Assembly (NCBI RefSeq): GCF_030028105.1
Contig: NC_092374.1
Span: 181,119,487-181,183,486 of the forward strand
Origin: Mobula birostris
Lineage: Eukaryota
Reading direction: 5' to 3'
Length of the DNA stretch: 64,000 bases
Under the pieces are notes generated by a model. It worked only from the letters and a program-made list of their open reading frames with translations, was not told the DNA's origin and made no database searches. A program made the translations under genes and the position numbers. The stretch's first letter is position 1; every line of letters begins with the position of its first letter. Of this stretch, positions 1 to 12,719 are shown one piece after another.

Positions 1-222
1 TCCTGGGCCTCGTCATCAGAAAGGGAGAAATAGAATGCCTTACATTACACGGTCATATACCTGAGAAACACAGAAGAGGAAGGCAAAGAAGAAAATATAT
101 GAACACTGTGAAAGAACTAACAGATCTAAGTGTGCGAGATATCATTGGCGCTGTGAGGGATCGTTCAATGTGGAGAGCAATGATCGCCCAAGCGTGTAAC
201 ACGCAAGGCACTGAAGAAGAAG
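1..222 (+). mobile_element. RTE-clade LINE, 3' end of ORF2 with GAA-repeat tail
   Basis: Translation LGLVIRKGEIECLTLHGHIPEKHRRGRQRRKYMNTVK...WRAMIAQACNTQGT resembles the RTE ORF2 C-terminus (GH...RGRQR); followed by gaagaagaaga. Confidence 0.7.
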
Positions 223-416
223 ACACCTTAAGAGAAATACTTAGAACTGCATGCCACTGTAGTTCCAGATCTGATACTGCAGCCTTTTTCACAGGTCATT
301 ATCTGATCAAATATCACATTTTTAACAACACCTCTGTGTCAAGCACACCATGAGGAAGACTGTTTTGCACTGATGGCAGTTACTGGTCATTTAAACTGTG
401 TGATGAGACCTGGTGT

Positions 417-461
417 TCAGTAGGAGAGAAAATATCTCGGAACTGCAAGGCTTCTAAGGTT
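417..461 (-). CDS. Gene A candidate terminal cytoplasmic exon (NLRSLAVPRYFLSY*)
   Basis: Acceptor gttttccttttatcattattcaag|aac; phase 0 matches the 564-595 exon; TGA at 417-419. Confidence 0.45.
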   Translation of the reverse strand, partial: NLRSLAVPRYFLSY

Positions 462-563
462 CTTGAATAATGATAAAAGGAAAACATCAGGATTGTGCAG
501 AATTATTATTTCATTTTTATCTGTATAGTTAATGCATAGCATTGATATTTGTGAAATACTTAC

Positions 564-595
564 TGTCTTACATTTATCAGAGATTGTAATCTTAC
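564..595 (-). CDS. Gene A candidate cytoplasmic exon (GKITISDKCKT), phase 1 to 0
   Basis: Acceptor ttccccaatattcag| and strong donor |gtaagt; 32 bp; phase-compatible with the TM exon. Alternative exons exist nearby (596-721 and about 770-800). Confidence 0.45.
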
Positions 596-989
596 CTGAA
601 TATTGGGGAAGCAATAGGATTGGGCAGAATCCCAAATGTTCATCTTTGCTGATCTTATTCTCTTTTGAATTTAATGGAATAAGGTTTTGAGCAGTGTGTG
701 CAGTGGGCATACTTTCCAATCCTGGGGATTTTCATTTGACCAACTTGGTTAAAATCACACTACTGTTTTACCCAGTATGAGGAACAATTAAGGTTGGGCA
801 ATGCTGAGCCATGAACAAGAACATTCATGTCACTTTCATGAGCACAATTTGAACAAAGGTTTAAACCTTCAATTAATTACTGTGATCTACAGAAGAGCAT
901 TTGTTTGAACGTAGGCTGTCAGTGATCTATTTGAAGGCAACAGTGAACACAGAGTGTACTGGAGACTATGTCACAGCAGTCCTGCTTAC

Positions 990-1091
990 CTCCATGGGAT
1001 TTCACGATCAAATAGAGGAAGATAACGTAAACAACAAGTCCAATGTATCGAAGGTTAATTCCAATTCCCAGCAATGGCCCATTGTCTGTAT
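990..1091 (-). CDS. Gene A transmembrane exon (DTDNGPLLGIGINLRYIGLVVYVIFLYLIVKSHG)
   Basis: Acceptor ccatttctctcttcacatcttggacag|, donor G|gtaagc, 102 bp, phase 1-1, open frame with a 24-aa hydrophobic stretch followed by K-S-H; phase matches the V exon. Confidence 0.8.
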
Positions 1092-1231
1092 CTGTCCAAG
1101 ATGTGAAGAGAGAAATGGCAGATACTAATTATCATTTCAGTACATCCATCCCAGAAGCTTCAGTGTAGATAACTTTCCGATGCATTAATAATGGAATTAA
1201 TGGCTTCCCATTGACTAATATACCAGAAAAC

Positions 1232-2170
1232 GATAAGACCATAAGACATAGGAACAGAGGTTGCTCTGCCATTCATACCTGGCTGATTTATTTTTCCACT
1301 CAACCTCATCCACCTGCCTTCTCCAGGTAACATTTGATGGCATTACTAATCAAGAATCTATCAACCTCTGCTTTAACCATACCAATGACTTGGCATCCAA
1401 AGCCATCTTTAGCAATGAATTCCACAGATTCACCACCCTCTGGTGAAAGAAATTTCTCATCTTGTTCTAAAGGGACATCCTCCTATTCTGAGTCATTGAT
1501 CTCTGGTCCTATCCTCTCCCACTGTTGGAAACATTTACCCCGTGTCCACTCCATCCATGCATTTGCCTTCCTTACTACCAATTCAACCTGCTAGTTAACC
1601 TACACTAGGTCCCCCAAGTTCCTTTGAACCTCTGATTTCTGAATTTGCCCCATTTAGAAAATAGTCTACACCTTTTTTCTTCTACCAAAGTGCATGACCA
1701 TGCACACCCCTATACACTATTCTGTCTTCCAATTTTTGCTCATTCTCCTAATCTATCTAAATCCTTCTTCAGACTTCCTACTTCCTCAACATTACCTGCC
1801 CTCTACCTATCTTTGTATCATCTGAAAACTTAGTCACAAAGCCAAATTCCACCATCTAGATCATTAACTTATAACATGAAAAGTAGCAGACCTCTGTGGG
1901 TTATCACTGGTCACCAGCAGCTAACCAGAAATGGCCCCTCTTCTCCCCACTCTTTGCCTTCTGCCAGTCAGCCAATCTTCTGAATTTGCTAGTATCTTTC
2001 CTGTACATAATACCATGGGCTCTTATCTTGTTTGGCAGCCTCAAAGGCCTCTGAAAATCCAAATAAATAAAATCCTATGACTCTTCTGTGCCACATCTTA
2101 CTTCCTCAAGAATTTTTTTAAAAACTGTCAGACAAGATTTCCAGTTGAGGAAACCATGTTGACATTGGTT
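1232..2170 (-). mobile_element. CR1-like LINE 3' fragment, degenerate
   Basis: Starts with the reverse-oriented tail ataagaccataagacatagg, followed by decayed RT C-terminal sequence similar to other CR1 copies in the window. Confidence 0.7.
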
Positions 2171-3439
2171 TGCTGATAGAACTTCTGCTAAGTTGCTTCT
2201 GAATATGTAGAAACTTCAAAGGCCAGAAGGCTTTACTCTATAATATTATGAAGTTTTATTAAAAGTAAGATGAATAAAATAGAACCTATCACTGTTTTTC
2301 AATCTTGATCTCAATCTTCACTCAAAGGGTGTTTTGCAGGGTGCAAAGACAAAGGTTTGCAACATTCCTGGCTCGAAGGTGAAAGTTAAAGCAAGTGTCA
2401 GCCTTGCAGTTATTTGTGGCAATTAATTTTAAACTGTTTAAGTTGTTCCTCACATGCTTTTCACTTTTAAAATTACTTGCATCAGGTTTAATATGTTAAG
2501 AATGTTTCAAAGGTTCAATACAAATCCTTCCAGTTTTGACCAGAGATGAAGCTGCTGACCTGCCTTTTGTCAACAGCCGAGGACATGCACTGCGACTCAG
2601 TGGAAGGCCTGTAGGTCCTATGCTGTCTGAATCCTGAGTGCAGTGGGTCAGAGAGAGTCAGAGGGCCAGTGGGTGCAGATGGGTGATCGTGTGTGGGGAG
2701 ATCAGATGCTGGCCCAGACCCAGTGAGATCTATCCCATTAGCGAAGGTGGAGAGATTTGTTCCCAAGTATATACAGCACTGTAACAAGGCCGCTGGCTGT
2801 CCATGAAGCACATAGTTTTGCACATACTAATCCTGTCCTAATACATTTCGTTCTGCACACTTTCCCATCAACTACCCCCAGATGAGGGAATTCTGTCAAC
2901 TGGACATGGCAGAAGGGCAAGAATGGGCAAGGAGGGTGGAAAGGACTGAGGACACTCGGGAGTGTAAAAGAGGGTTGAAGGAGGGAGGGAGAGGGTGAGG
3001 AAGGAAAACAAAGGGGGGTGTCATAGTGGGGATGGTGACAGCAAGGTGCATTGTGAAAGTGAGTTGTCAATATGTGGTGTAAATAACAGGAAAAAAAAAC
3101 AAACTGCTGGAGGAGCTCATCAGATTGAGCAACATCTATGGACATCACCCAATGCACCCTCTAATCTTACAACTTCCAATTCCCTGGCTTTACCTGCCTT
3201 ATCTTCATGTTCAGTGTTCCAGCAAGCTCGATGGCAGCTTCCACCCTGCTGTGATATGGCTCTCATATGGACCTCTTTAATGATAAAGATGAACTCTTGG
3301 TCTCTCAGTTCACCTCACAATGGCCCTTGAACTTTATCAGTCAACTTGCATTGCATTTTCCTTGTGACAGTAAAGCTATAATCTATCTTCTCTATTTTTG
3401 TTTTCTTTTGTACTACCTCAATGTTGTGATGAACTTAGG

Positions 3440-3572
3440 TATGGGATTCACTCAGCGATTCAGGAACAGCTTCTTCCCCTCTGCCATCCGATTTCTAAAT
3501 GGACATTGAATCCATGAACACAACCTCACCACTGTTTTATTTCTGTTTTTGCACTATTATTCTTAATTTACC

Positions 3573-3628
<56 letters not shown>

Positions 3629-3730
3629 TGTAAATCCTTTATTTATTTATTTCTATATTTATCATGTATTGCATTGTACTGCTGCTAAGTCAACAAATTT
3701 CACAGCGTATGTCGGTGCTTTTAGACCTGA
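3440..3730 (+). mobile_element. Rex1/Babar-like LINE 3' end
   Basis: Translation TQRFRNSFFPSAIRFLN is typical of the Rex1/Babar ORF end; similar 3' ends at 14330 and 49390. Confidence 0.65.
3576..3628. repeat. Compound (AT)n(AC)n microsatellite
   Basis: Seen directly in the sequence. Confidence 0.95.
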
Positions 3731-4282
3731 CTCTGATTTGGCTGAATGAATTGTAATCACAGTACCTCAGCATGACAGTAGTGAACCAATGAACAATTAC
3801 CTATCTTTGCACACCTCCAAATTCCCCAGCAGCAAGGTCTTGGGGCCCTTCATTTTTTTCTGGAACAAAGACCCAACCAGTTCTCCTCCTACTACTCTTT
3901 TCGTTCACCTCCCTGAAAACTATTTCTCCACAGAAGTAGGTCCAGTCCTTTTCCTCCACAGATGTGGTTTGATCCACTCAGTTCCTCCAGCTGTTTGTTT
4001 TTCACCACGATCCAACATCTGCAGACTTTTTTGTCTCTGTGCATTGGAGGAGCAGAATCCACAGGAGCACGGGTAAACAGGAGTGGTAGTAGGCCATGCA
4101 GCCCTTCAAGTAGATCCTATTCAATATGATCATGACTGATCCATCCCAGGCCCCTTCTCCTCTCTGGGAGTTCCTCTTGGCCCTCAATTCTCCAACCCTT
4201 CAAAAACCTACCTACATCACTTGAAGTTCTATTGATCTAACCTCCACAATTTTCTGGGGCAGAGAATTCTTGATTCAGCACC

Positions 4283-5258
4283 TTTTAGACAATAGACAAT
4301 AGGTGCGGGAGTAGGCCATTTGACCCTTCGAGCCAGCACCGCCATTCTCTGTGATCATGGCTGATCATCCACAATCAGTATCCCCATACCCTTTGATTCC
4401 ACTATCTTTAAGAGCTCTATCCATCTCTTTCTTGATAACATCCAGAGACTTGGCCTTCACAGCATTCTGAGGCAGAGCATTCCATATATCCATCACTCTC
4501 TGGGTGAAAAAGTTTTTCCTCAACTCTGTTCTAAATGGCCTACCCCTTATTCTTAAACTGTGGCCTCTGGTTCTGGACTCACCCATCAGCGGGAACATGC
4601 TTCCTTCCTGCAGCATGTCCAATCCCTTAATAATCTTATATGTTTCAATAAGATCCTCTCTCAGCCTTCTAAATTTCAGAGTATACAAGCCCAGTCGCTC
4701 CAATCTTTCGACATATGACAGCCCCACCATCCTGGGAATTAACCTTGTGAACCTACATGGCACTCCCTCAATAGCAAAAATGTCCTTCCTCAAATTTGGA
4801 GACCAAAACTGCACACAGTTCAACTCATCCACCATTTCCTTTTTCCCCGTAATAAATTCACCCGCTTCTGTCTTCCAGGGCCCAATTTTGGTCTTAACTA
4901 TTTTTTTCCTTTTCACGTACCTAAAGAAGCTTTTACTATCCTCCTTTATATTCTTAGCTGGTTTACCTTCGTACCTCATTTTTTCTCTGCATATTGCCTT
5001 TTTAATTACCTTCTGTTGCTCTTTAAAAGTTTCCCAATCCTCCGGCTTCCCACTCATTTTTGCTATGTTATACTTCTTCTCTTTTATTTTTATACGATCC
5101 ATTACTTCCCTTGTCAGCCACGGCCTCCCCTTACTCTCCTTAAGATCTTTCTTCCTGTTTGGAATGAACTGATCCTGCACCTTCTGCATTATTCCCAGAA
5201 ACACTTGCCATTGCTGTTCCACTGTCATCCCTGCTAGGGTATTGTTCCATTGAACATT
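4283..5258 (-). mobile_element. CR1 LINE with internal deletion removing the RT domain
   Basis: ORF 4365-5270 joins the post-endonuclease region (KKIVKTKIGP...EMVDELN) directly to the ORF2 C-terminus (CVQFWSPNLRKDI...FFTQRV); tail tagacaatagacaatagg. Confidence 0.85.
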
Positions 5259-5702
5259 TGTGAGAGTCATTACCAGCTGGTAAAAATCTAAATGATGTAA
5301 ATAATGAAATTCTTCACCATTTTTTTTTACCTCTAACTTTCTGATGAAACTTTAAACATTCACAGTTTTTCCTCTTCAAAGATGCTGCCTGAGTTAATGA
5401 ATATTTCCGGTATTTTCTAATTAAACTAATTTATCTCTTAGGACATTGAAGATCTGTATAGTAAAGTATTTCAGCAAATATAAACACAAACCCAAACAAT
5501 TTTTAAAGCAAGTCCTACAGGCGTGAAACTGTGAAAAATAAACAAATTTTCAGGGTACGTTTGAATTTGACAATAATCTTGAACTTGACACCTGCTAATC
5601 ACTGTTGGCATCTACAATTGTTACCTACCAAACAACACAATCTGAGTGAAGACATTCTGAATAATTTAGCAAACTCACCCCACTCCTTCTGAGAGTACCA
5701 AC

Positions 5703-6077
5703 TGGTTCTATTACTGGTGTCTGGCTGAACCATCAATTTCAGACTGCGACTCTCAGTTCCCGCTGAGTGGCCGATGGATAAATAATAAATCCCGCTGTCG
5801 CTGATCTGCAAATCTCTCAGCAGCAAGGATGTGTTCTCCGGGAAAAGCACCGTTCGACCCTTATAGTGATCGTCAGTGAGCCTGGTCTGGGCACATCCAG
5901 CAAGGGTGCCATTTCTGCTTGAGGGGCATCGATAATCTGCAATTCTCCTCCCGGCTTTGGTCCACGTGATCCGCAGATACCCGTGTGAGTCCGGGTCGGT
6001 GTAAGAGGTGGGTAGGGGCACAGACTGCCCGACGGTTCCATTCATGCGGTCCTGATGCACAGTCAGTGTTACAGCAC
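5703..6077 (-). CDS. Gene A Ig V-set exon (HEPACAM/CD2/CEACAM-type, no canonical B-F Cys pair)
   Basis: Acceptor ccatctccactgttag|gt; donor A|gttggt, placed by alignment to the paralog; 375 bp, phase 1-1. Motifs NGTVGQSVPLP, LRITW, YKGRTVLFPENTSLLLRDLQISDSGIY, SLKLMV. Confidence 0.9.
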
Positions 6078-6574
6078 CTAACAGTGGAGATGGTAATTGT
6101 TTCATGATATGGTAACTCTATCGCAATAAAACATTATAGTTGCAAATACACGGTAAATCAGACCGAATCCGTGACAAATTTCTAGAATCTCCAATTGTTC
6201 TTTCTCTGTGAATAATAGATCAATTGTTTAAACCGTGGAGCAAAACCAGATGAAGTAAACATTTTCTGCGTTTCACATCTTTCCAAAAGCATATAAGGGT
6301 GTGATTAGGTACACGGACTCTACGCTGTCGTAATATTCCCTGTAAACTGTTTCTCCATTCATATATTTCACACCTTGCCCCGCCCAGCGCTGTTCTTGGA
6401 TCTCTTAGGCTTAATGCAGGAACTTTCTGCTTTCTGGGTCGAAGCTGCTTTCCAACATAAATTAAAATCTGTGAGATTATTGACGTTACACTGATATTAG
6501 TAAAATGACCAGCACAATAATTGTATCGCTCATTTATAAAGTATAACTAATGTAGACAATGACGGTCTTATGTA

Positions 6575-9358
6575 TTTGACTCGCAGGGTTGACACGTGGA
6601 ATTATGACGTTGTAGCAATTAGTGAAACTTGGCTACAGGAGGGGCAGGACTGGCAGTTCAATATTCCAGGGTTCCGATGTTTCAGATGTGATCGAGGCAG
6701 AGGAATGAAAGGTGGGGGAGTAGCATTGCTTGTCATGGAAAATGTTACAGCAGTGCTCAGGCAGGACAGATTAGAGGGCTTGTCTACTGAGTCCTTATGG
6801 GTGGAGCTGAGAAACAGGAAAGGCATGGCCACATTATTCGGGTTGAGTTATAGACCACCCAATAGTCAGCGAGAATTGGAAGAGCAAACCTGCAGAGAGA
6901 TTGCAGCAACTGCAGGAAACATAAAGTTGTGGTGGTAGGGGATTTTAATTTTCCATATATAGATTGGCACTCCCATACTGTTAGGGGTCTAGATGGTTTA
7001 GAGTTTGTAAAATGTGTTCAGGAAAGTTTTCTGAATCAATATACAGAGGGACCAACTAGAGGGGATGCAATATTGGATCTCCTATTAGGAAAGGAGTTAG
7101 GACAAATGAAGGAAGTCTGTGTAGGGGAGCACTTTGGTTCCAGTGATCATAACACCATTAGTTTCAACCTGATCATGGGCAAGGATAGATCTGGTCCTAG
7201 GGTTGAGGTTCTGAACTGGAAGAAGGCCAAATTTGAAGAAATGAGAAAGGATCTAAAAAGCGTGGATTGGGACAGGTTGTTCTCTGGCAAGGATGTGATC
7301 AGTAGGTGGGAAGCCTTCAAAGGAGAAATTTTGAGAGTGCAGAATTTGTATGTTCCTGTCAGGATTAAAAGCAAATTGAATAGGAATAAGGAACCTTGGT
7401 TCTCAAGGGATATTGCAACTCTGATAAAGAATAAGAGGGAGTTGTATGACATGTATAGGAAACAGGGAGTAAATAAGGTGCTTGAGGAGTATAAAAAGTG
7501 CAAGAAAATACTTAAGAAGGAAATCAGGAGGGCAGTCAAAGTGAAGGATAATCCAAAGAGCTTTTACAAGTATATTAAGAGTAAAAAGAGATAAAATTGG
7601 TCCTCTTGAAGATCAGAGTGGTCGGCTATGTGCGGAACCAAAAGAAATGGGGGAGATCTTAAATGGGTTTTTTGCGTCTGTATTTACTAAGGAAACTGGC
7701 ATGAAGTCTATGGAATTAAGGGAAACAAGTAGTGAGATCATGGAAAATGTACAGATCGAAAAGGAGGAGGTGCTTGCTATCTTGAGGAAAATTAAAGTGG
7801 TTAAATCCCCGGGACCTGACAGGGTGTTCCCAGGGACCTTGAAGGAGACTAGTGTTGAAATTGCAGGGGCCCTGGCAGAAATATTTAAAATGTCGGTGTC
7901 TATGGGTGAGGTGCCGGAGGATGAGAGTGGCTCATGTTGTTCCGTTGTTTAAAAAAGGATCGAAAAGTAATCCAGGAAATTATAGGCTGGTAAATTTGAT
8001 GTCGGTTGTGGGTAAGTTATTGGAGGGAGTACAAGCATTTGGCATCTACAAGCATTTGGATAGACAGGGACTTATTAGGGAGAGTCAACATGGCTTTGTG
8101 CGTGGCAGGTCATGTTTGACCAATCTATTGGAGTTTTTCGAGGAGGTTACCAGGAAAGTGGATGAAGGGAAGACAGTGGATATTGCTACATGGACTTCAG
8201 TAAGGCCTTTGACAAGGTCCCGCATGGGAGGTTAGTTAGGAAAATTCAGTCACTAGGTATACATGGAGAGGTGGTAAATTGGATTAGACATTGGCTCAAT
8301 GGAAGAAGCCAGAGTGGTGGTAGAGAATTGCTTCTCCGAGTGGAGGCCTGTGACTAGTGTTGTGCCACAGGGATCAGTGCTGGGTCCATTGTTATTTGTC
8401 ATCTATATCAATGATCTGTTTGATAATGTGGTTAATTGGATCAGCAAATTTGCTGATGATACAAAGATTGGAGGTGTAGTGTACAGTGAGGAAGGTTTTC
8501 AGAGCCTGCAGAGGGACTTGGACCAACTGGAAAAATGGGCTGAAAAATGGCAGATGGAGTTTAATACAGGCAAGTCTGAGGTATTGCACTTTGGAAGGAC
8601 AAACCAAGGTAGAATATATAGGGTAAATGGTAAGGCACTGAGGAGTGCAGTAGAACAGAGGGATCTGGGAATACAGATACAAAATTCCCTAAAAGTGTCG
8701 TCACAGGTAGATAGGGTCATAAAGAGAGCTTTTGGTACATTGGCCCTTATTAATCAAAGTATTGAGTATAAGAGCTGGAATGTTATGATGAGGTTGTATA
8801 AGGCATTGGTGAGGCTGAATCTGGAGTATTGTGTTCAGTTTTGGTCACCAAATTACAGGAAGGATATTAATGAGGTTGAAAGTGTGCAGAGAAGGTTTAC
8901 AAGGATGTTGCCGGGACTCGTGTAAAAGGTTGAAATAGGTTAGGACTTTATTCCCTGGAGTGTAGAAGAATGAGGGGAGATTTGATAGAGGTATATAAAA
9001 TTATGATGGGTATAGATAGAGTGAATGCAAGCAGGCTTTTTCCACTGAGGCAAGGGGAGAAAAAAAAACAGAGGACGTGGGTTAAGGATGAGGGGGGAAA
9101 AGTTTAAATGGAACATTAGGGGGGCTTCTTCACACAAAGAGTGGTGGGAGTATGGAATGAGCTGCCAGACGAGGTGGTAAATGGGGGTGGGATTCTTTTT
9201 TAACATTTAAGAATAAATTGGACAGATACATAGATGGGAGGTGTATGGAGGGATATGGTCCATGTGCAGGTCAGTGGGACTAGGCAGAAAATGGTTCGGC
9301 ACAGCCAAGAAGGGCCAAAAGGCCTGTTTCTGTGCTGTAGTTTTTCTATGGTTTCTAC
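6575..9358 (+). mobile_element. CR1 LINE, near-complete ORF2 (APE endonuclease + RT), frameshifted; in gene A intron 1
   Basis: [67 protein letters not shown]; tail tttctatggtttct. Confidence 0.95.
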
Positions 9359-9654
9359 GGGTCAAGTTCAGATGGTATAATCAGCTACAATCCGGCTTGA
9401 GAGTAACCCTGAGTAGCTTCATTCAGTGAATTTGATTCTGCTTGTAATGCAAGAGCGCAGGAGGATGAAAATCAGCCCATCCTGCTGGTGCTAGTTCTTT
9501 AATAAATCTTTCTGCTTAGGGTTACTGGTCCCTTTCCCTCACAACCCTGTAAAAATATTGTTTCCTCAAACTCTAATATTAAAACACTGGATCTGAGGGA
9601 GCTGCAGATTTAGTTCACTGAATTAACAATGTACATTCCCTGATATTTATTTAC

Positions 9655-9832
9655 TTATTTTAGAGAGACAGTGCAGAAAAGGCTCTACCAGCCCTTGCAG
9701 CCACGCTGTTCAGCGACACCCAACAGCTCCGATTAACCCTAACCTGATCATGGAAGAATTTATAATGCCCAATTAACCCACTACCTGGTACATCTTTTGG
9801 ACTGTGGGAGGAAAGCGGAGCACCCAGAGTAA
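9655..9832 (-). mobile_element. SINE 3' portion
   Basis: tttggactgtgggaggaaagcggagcacccagag body shared with other SINE copies (for example about 21430-21500); AT-rich tail. Confidence 0.6.
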
Positions 9833-12507
9833 ACATAGAAACCTACAGCACAATACAGGTGCTTCAGCCCACAATGATGTGCCAAACATGTACTTACCTC
9901 AGAAATTTCCTAGTGTTACCCATACCCCTCTATTTTTCTAAGCTCCAGTACCTGTCCAGGAGCCTCTTAATGGATCCTATCGTATCCACCTCCACCACCA
10001 TTGCCAGCAGCCCATTCCACGCACTCACCACTCTCTGCGTAAAAAAAGAACTTACCCCTGACATCTCCTCTATACCTGCTTCCAAGCACCTTAAAACTGT
10101 GCCCTCTCGTGTTAGTCATTTCAGTCCTGGGAAAAAGCCTCTGATTATCCACATGATCAATGTCTCTCATTATCGTGTACACCTCTATCGTCACCTCTCA
10201 TTCTCTGTCGCTCCAAGGAGAAAAGGTCGAGTTCACTCAACCTATTCTCATAAGGCATGCTCCCCACTCCAGGCAACATCCTTGTAAGTCTCCTCTGCAC
10301 CCCTTCTATGGTTTCCACATCCTTCCTGTAGTGAGGCAACCATAACTGAGCACAGTACTCCAAGTGGGGTCTGACCAGGGTCCTATATAGCTGCAACATT
10401 ACCTCTCGGCTCTTTAACTCAGTCCCATAGTTGATGAAGGCCAATGCACCGTATGCCTTCTCAACCACAGAGTCAACCTGTGTAGCAGCTTTGGATGTCC
10501 TATGGACTCAGACCCCAAGATCCCTCTGGTCCTCCACACTGCCAAGAGTCTTACCATTAATACTATATTCTGCCATCATATTTGACCTACCAAAATGAAC
10601 CACCTCATACTTATCTGGGTTGAGCTCCATCTGCCACTTCTCAGTCCAGTTTTGCACCCTATCGATGTCCCACTGTAACCTCCGATAGCCCTCCACACTA
10701 TCCACAACACCCCCAGCCTATGTGTCATCAGTAAATTTACTAACCCATCCCTCCACTTCCTTATCCAGGTCATTTATAAAAATCACAAAGAGTATGGGTC
10801 CCAGAACAGATCCCTGAGGCACACCACTGGTCACCGACCTCCATGCAGAATATGACCCATCTACAACCACTCTTTGCCTTCTGTGGGCAAGCCAGTTCTG
10901 GATCCACAAGACCCTAATTTACCCTGTAACTGCAGACCTATTTCTAAACTTCCATTCCTGTCAAAGCTTCTTGAAAAGATTATTCTCAGTCAATTACTGC
11001 ATTACTTACACCAAAACAACATCTTGGAAAGACTTCAGTCTGGTTTTAAGGCTTATCATAGCACAGAGTCTGCCCTGCTGAAAGTGTACAATGACCTGCT
11101 CCTCTCTATCCACTCAGGTGACTCTGCCATTCTAATTCTTCTTGACCTCAGCGCAGCATTCGATACTGTGGATCACGCCATTTTAATAGACAATCTCCAA
11201 TACAGGGTTGGTGTTGATGGCACTGCCTTGAACTGGTTTATAGCTTACCTCAAAAATAGAAGCTTCTCTGTCAACATAGGCAAATTCTCTTCTCCCTCAG
11301 CTAGTGGGGTCCCACAAGGTTCCATCTTAGGTCCCATCCTTTTCTCTATATATACGTGCTTCCCCCCTGCCAAATCATTCAAAATTATGACATTTCTTTC
11401 CACTGTTATGTTGACGACACACAGTTTTATCTCCCCCGAAACCAATGGACCAGTCAAAAATAACCAGCCTTATGAACTGCCTTGAGGACATAAAGTGTTG
11501 GAATGCACAAAACTTCTTACAGCTGAATGAAGGCAAGTCTGAAGTTGTCCTATTTGCCCCCCTGACTCCATCAAAGTGATTACCAACAGTCTTGGTAACT
11601 TGTCCACCCTTGTCAAACCCCATGTTAAATCCCTTGGTGTGATATTTGATTCCAGTTTTAAGTTTGACAAGCAAGTTAATGCAGCAGTAAAAGCCAGTTT
11701 TTTCCAGCTTCGTACTATTGCCAAAATCAAATAGTTTCTCCCTTTTAAAGATCTTGAGAAAGTCATCCATGCCCTTATATCCTCCCGCTTGGACTACTCC
11801 AACTCTCTGTATACTGGGATTAGTCAGTCGTCCCTGTCCCGCCTGCAACTGGTCCAGAATGCCGCAGCCAGGCTCCTGCTGGGTGCCTGGGACCATATTA
11901 CTCCTATCCTGGCCTCCCTCCACTGGCTGCCATTACAGTTCAGAATTGATTTTAAGATTCTCCTGTTTGTTTATAAAGCCCTAAATGGGCTAGCTCCCCC
12001 TTATATCACAGACCTCCTAACCCCATATTCTACTTCCAGGTCCCCCAGGTCGGCTGACTTGAGGCTCCTGGCTGTCCCGCGATCTAAACTTAAGTTCAGG
12101 GGTGACTGCACCTTTGCTATTGTAGCCCCTAGACTGTGGAACAGCATTTCCCTCCCTATCAGATCTACCCCCTCCATCGACTCTTTTAAATCCAGGCTCA
12201 AAACTTAATTTTATTCACTAGCGTTTGAATCCTCCTGATGTGGCTGATTTTTGGCGCGTGCCTGGGCCCATGTGTTGTTTCTTTTGTGCCTATAAGCTGT
12301 TTGCCTTGTTGGTTATGTCTGTGTTTCTTGTATTTGTGATTTTAGCTATCTGCCCTGATCTGTACAGTTCTTTGATGAATGTGGGTTGTTTTAAAATGTG
12401 CTATATAAGTATATCTGACTTGACTTAACTTGACAATGTCCAGTTGGATCCCATGCCTCCTTACTTTCTCAATAAGCCTTGCATGGGGTACCTTATCAAA
12501 TGCCTTC
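9833..12507 (-). mobile_element. CR1 LINE RT/3' part, interrupted by an L2
   Basis: Minus-strand ORFs [27 protein letters not shown]. The sequence ...gatccacaag|caatgtc... is contiguous in the CR1 copy at about 58.55 kb and is split here at 10908/12433. Confidence 0.85.
10909..12432 (+). mobile_element. L2-clade LINE (RT + 3' end) nested in CR1
   Basis: CRPISKLPFLSKLLEK, QSGFKAYHSTESALL, LLDLSAAFDTVDH, HITPILASLHWLP, FKILLFVYKALNGLAP; tail tgacttgacttaacttga. Confidence 0.9.
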
Positions 12508-12618
12508 TCAAGCCCACACATTCCACAGAGAGGACGTATTGATTCATTGCGGAGGACGTGGGAATTGAACTCTGAACTCCAACGTCTCAAACACTAACCG
12601 CTACACTGCTGTGGCACT
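12508..12618 (-). mobile_element. tRNA-derived SINE 5' head
   Basis: Reverse complement gtgccacagcagtgtagcggttag...ggagttcagagttcaattcc carries A-box and B-box-like motifs. Confidence 0.6.
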
Positions 12619-12719
12619 TAATGCAATTAAAAGTGTGTTTTAACATTTATTCAGAACAAGATTTCATTCTGAGTACAGGTCAACGTACATTTTCAATTGC
12701 TAATCATGCAAACCCTCAC

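Noticed and set aside
6485-6532. MSDTIIVLVILLISV as gene A signal peptide
   Set aside because: Ends in a stop with no phase-1 donor, and the homologous position in gene B is not coding. A better conserved leader exists at 12720-12780.
4504-8720. Antisense ORFs over CR1 copies (for example 4504-5172 +, 7147-7539 -)
   Set aside because: Shadow frames of LINE ORF2.
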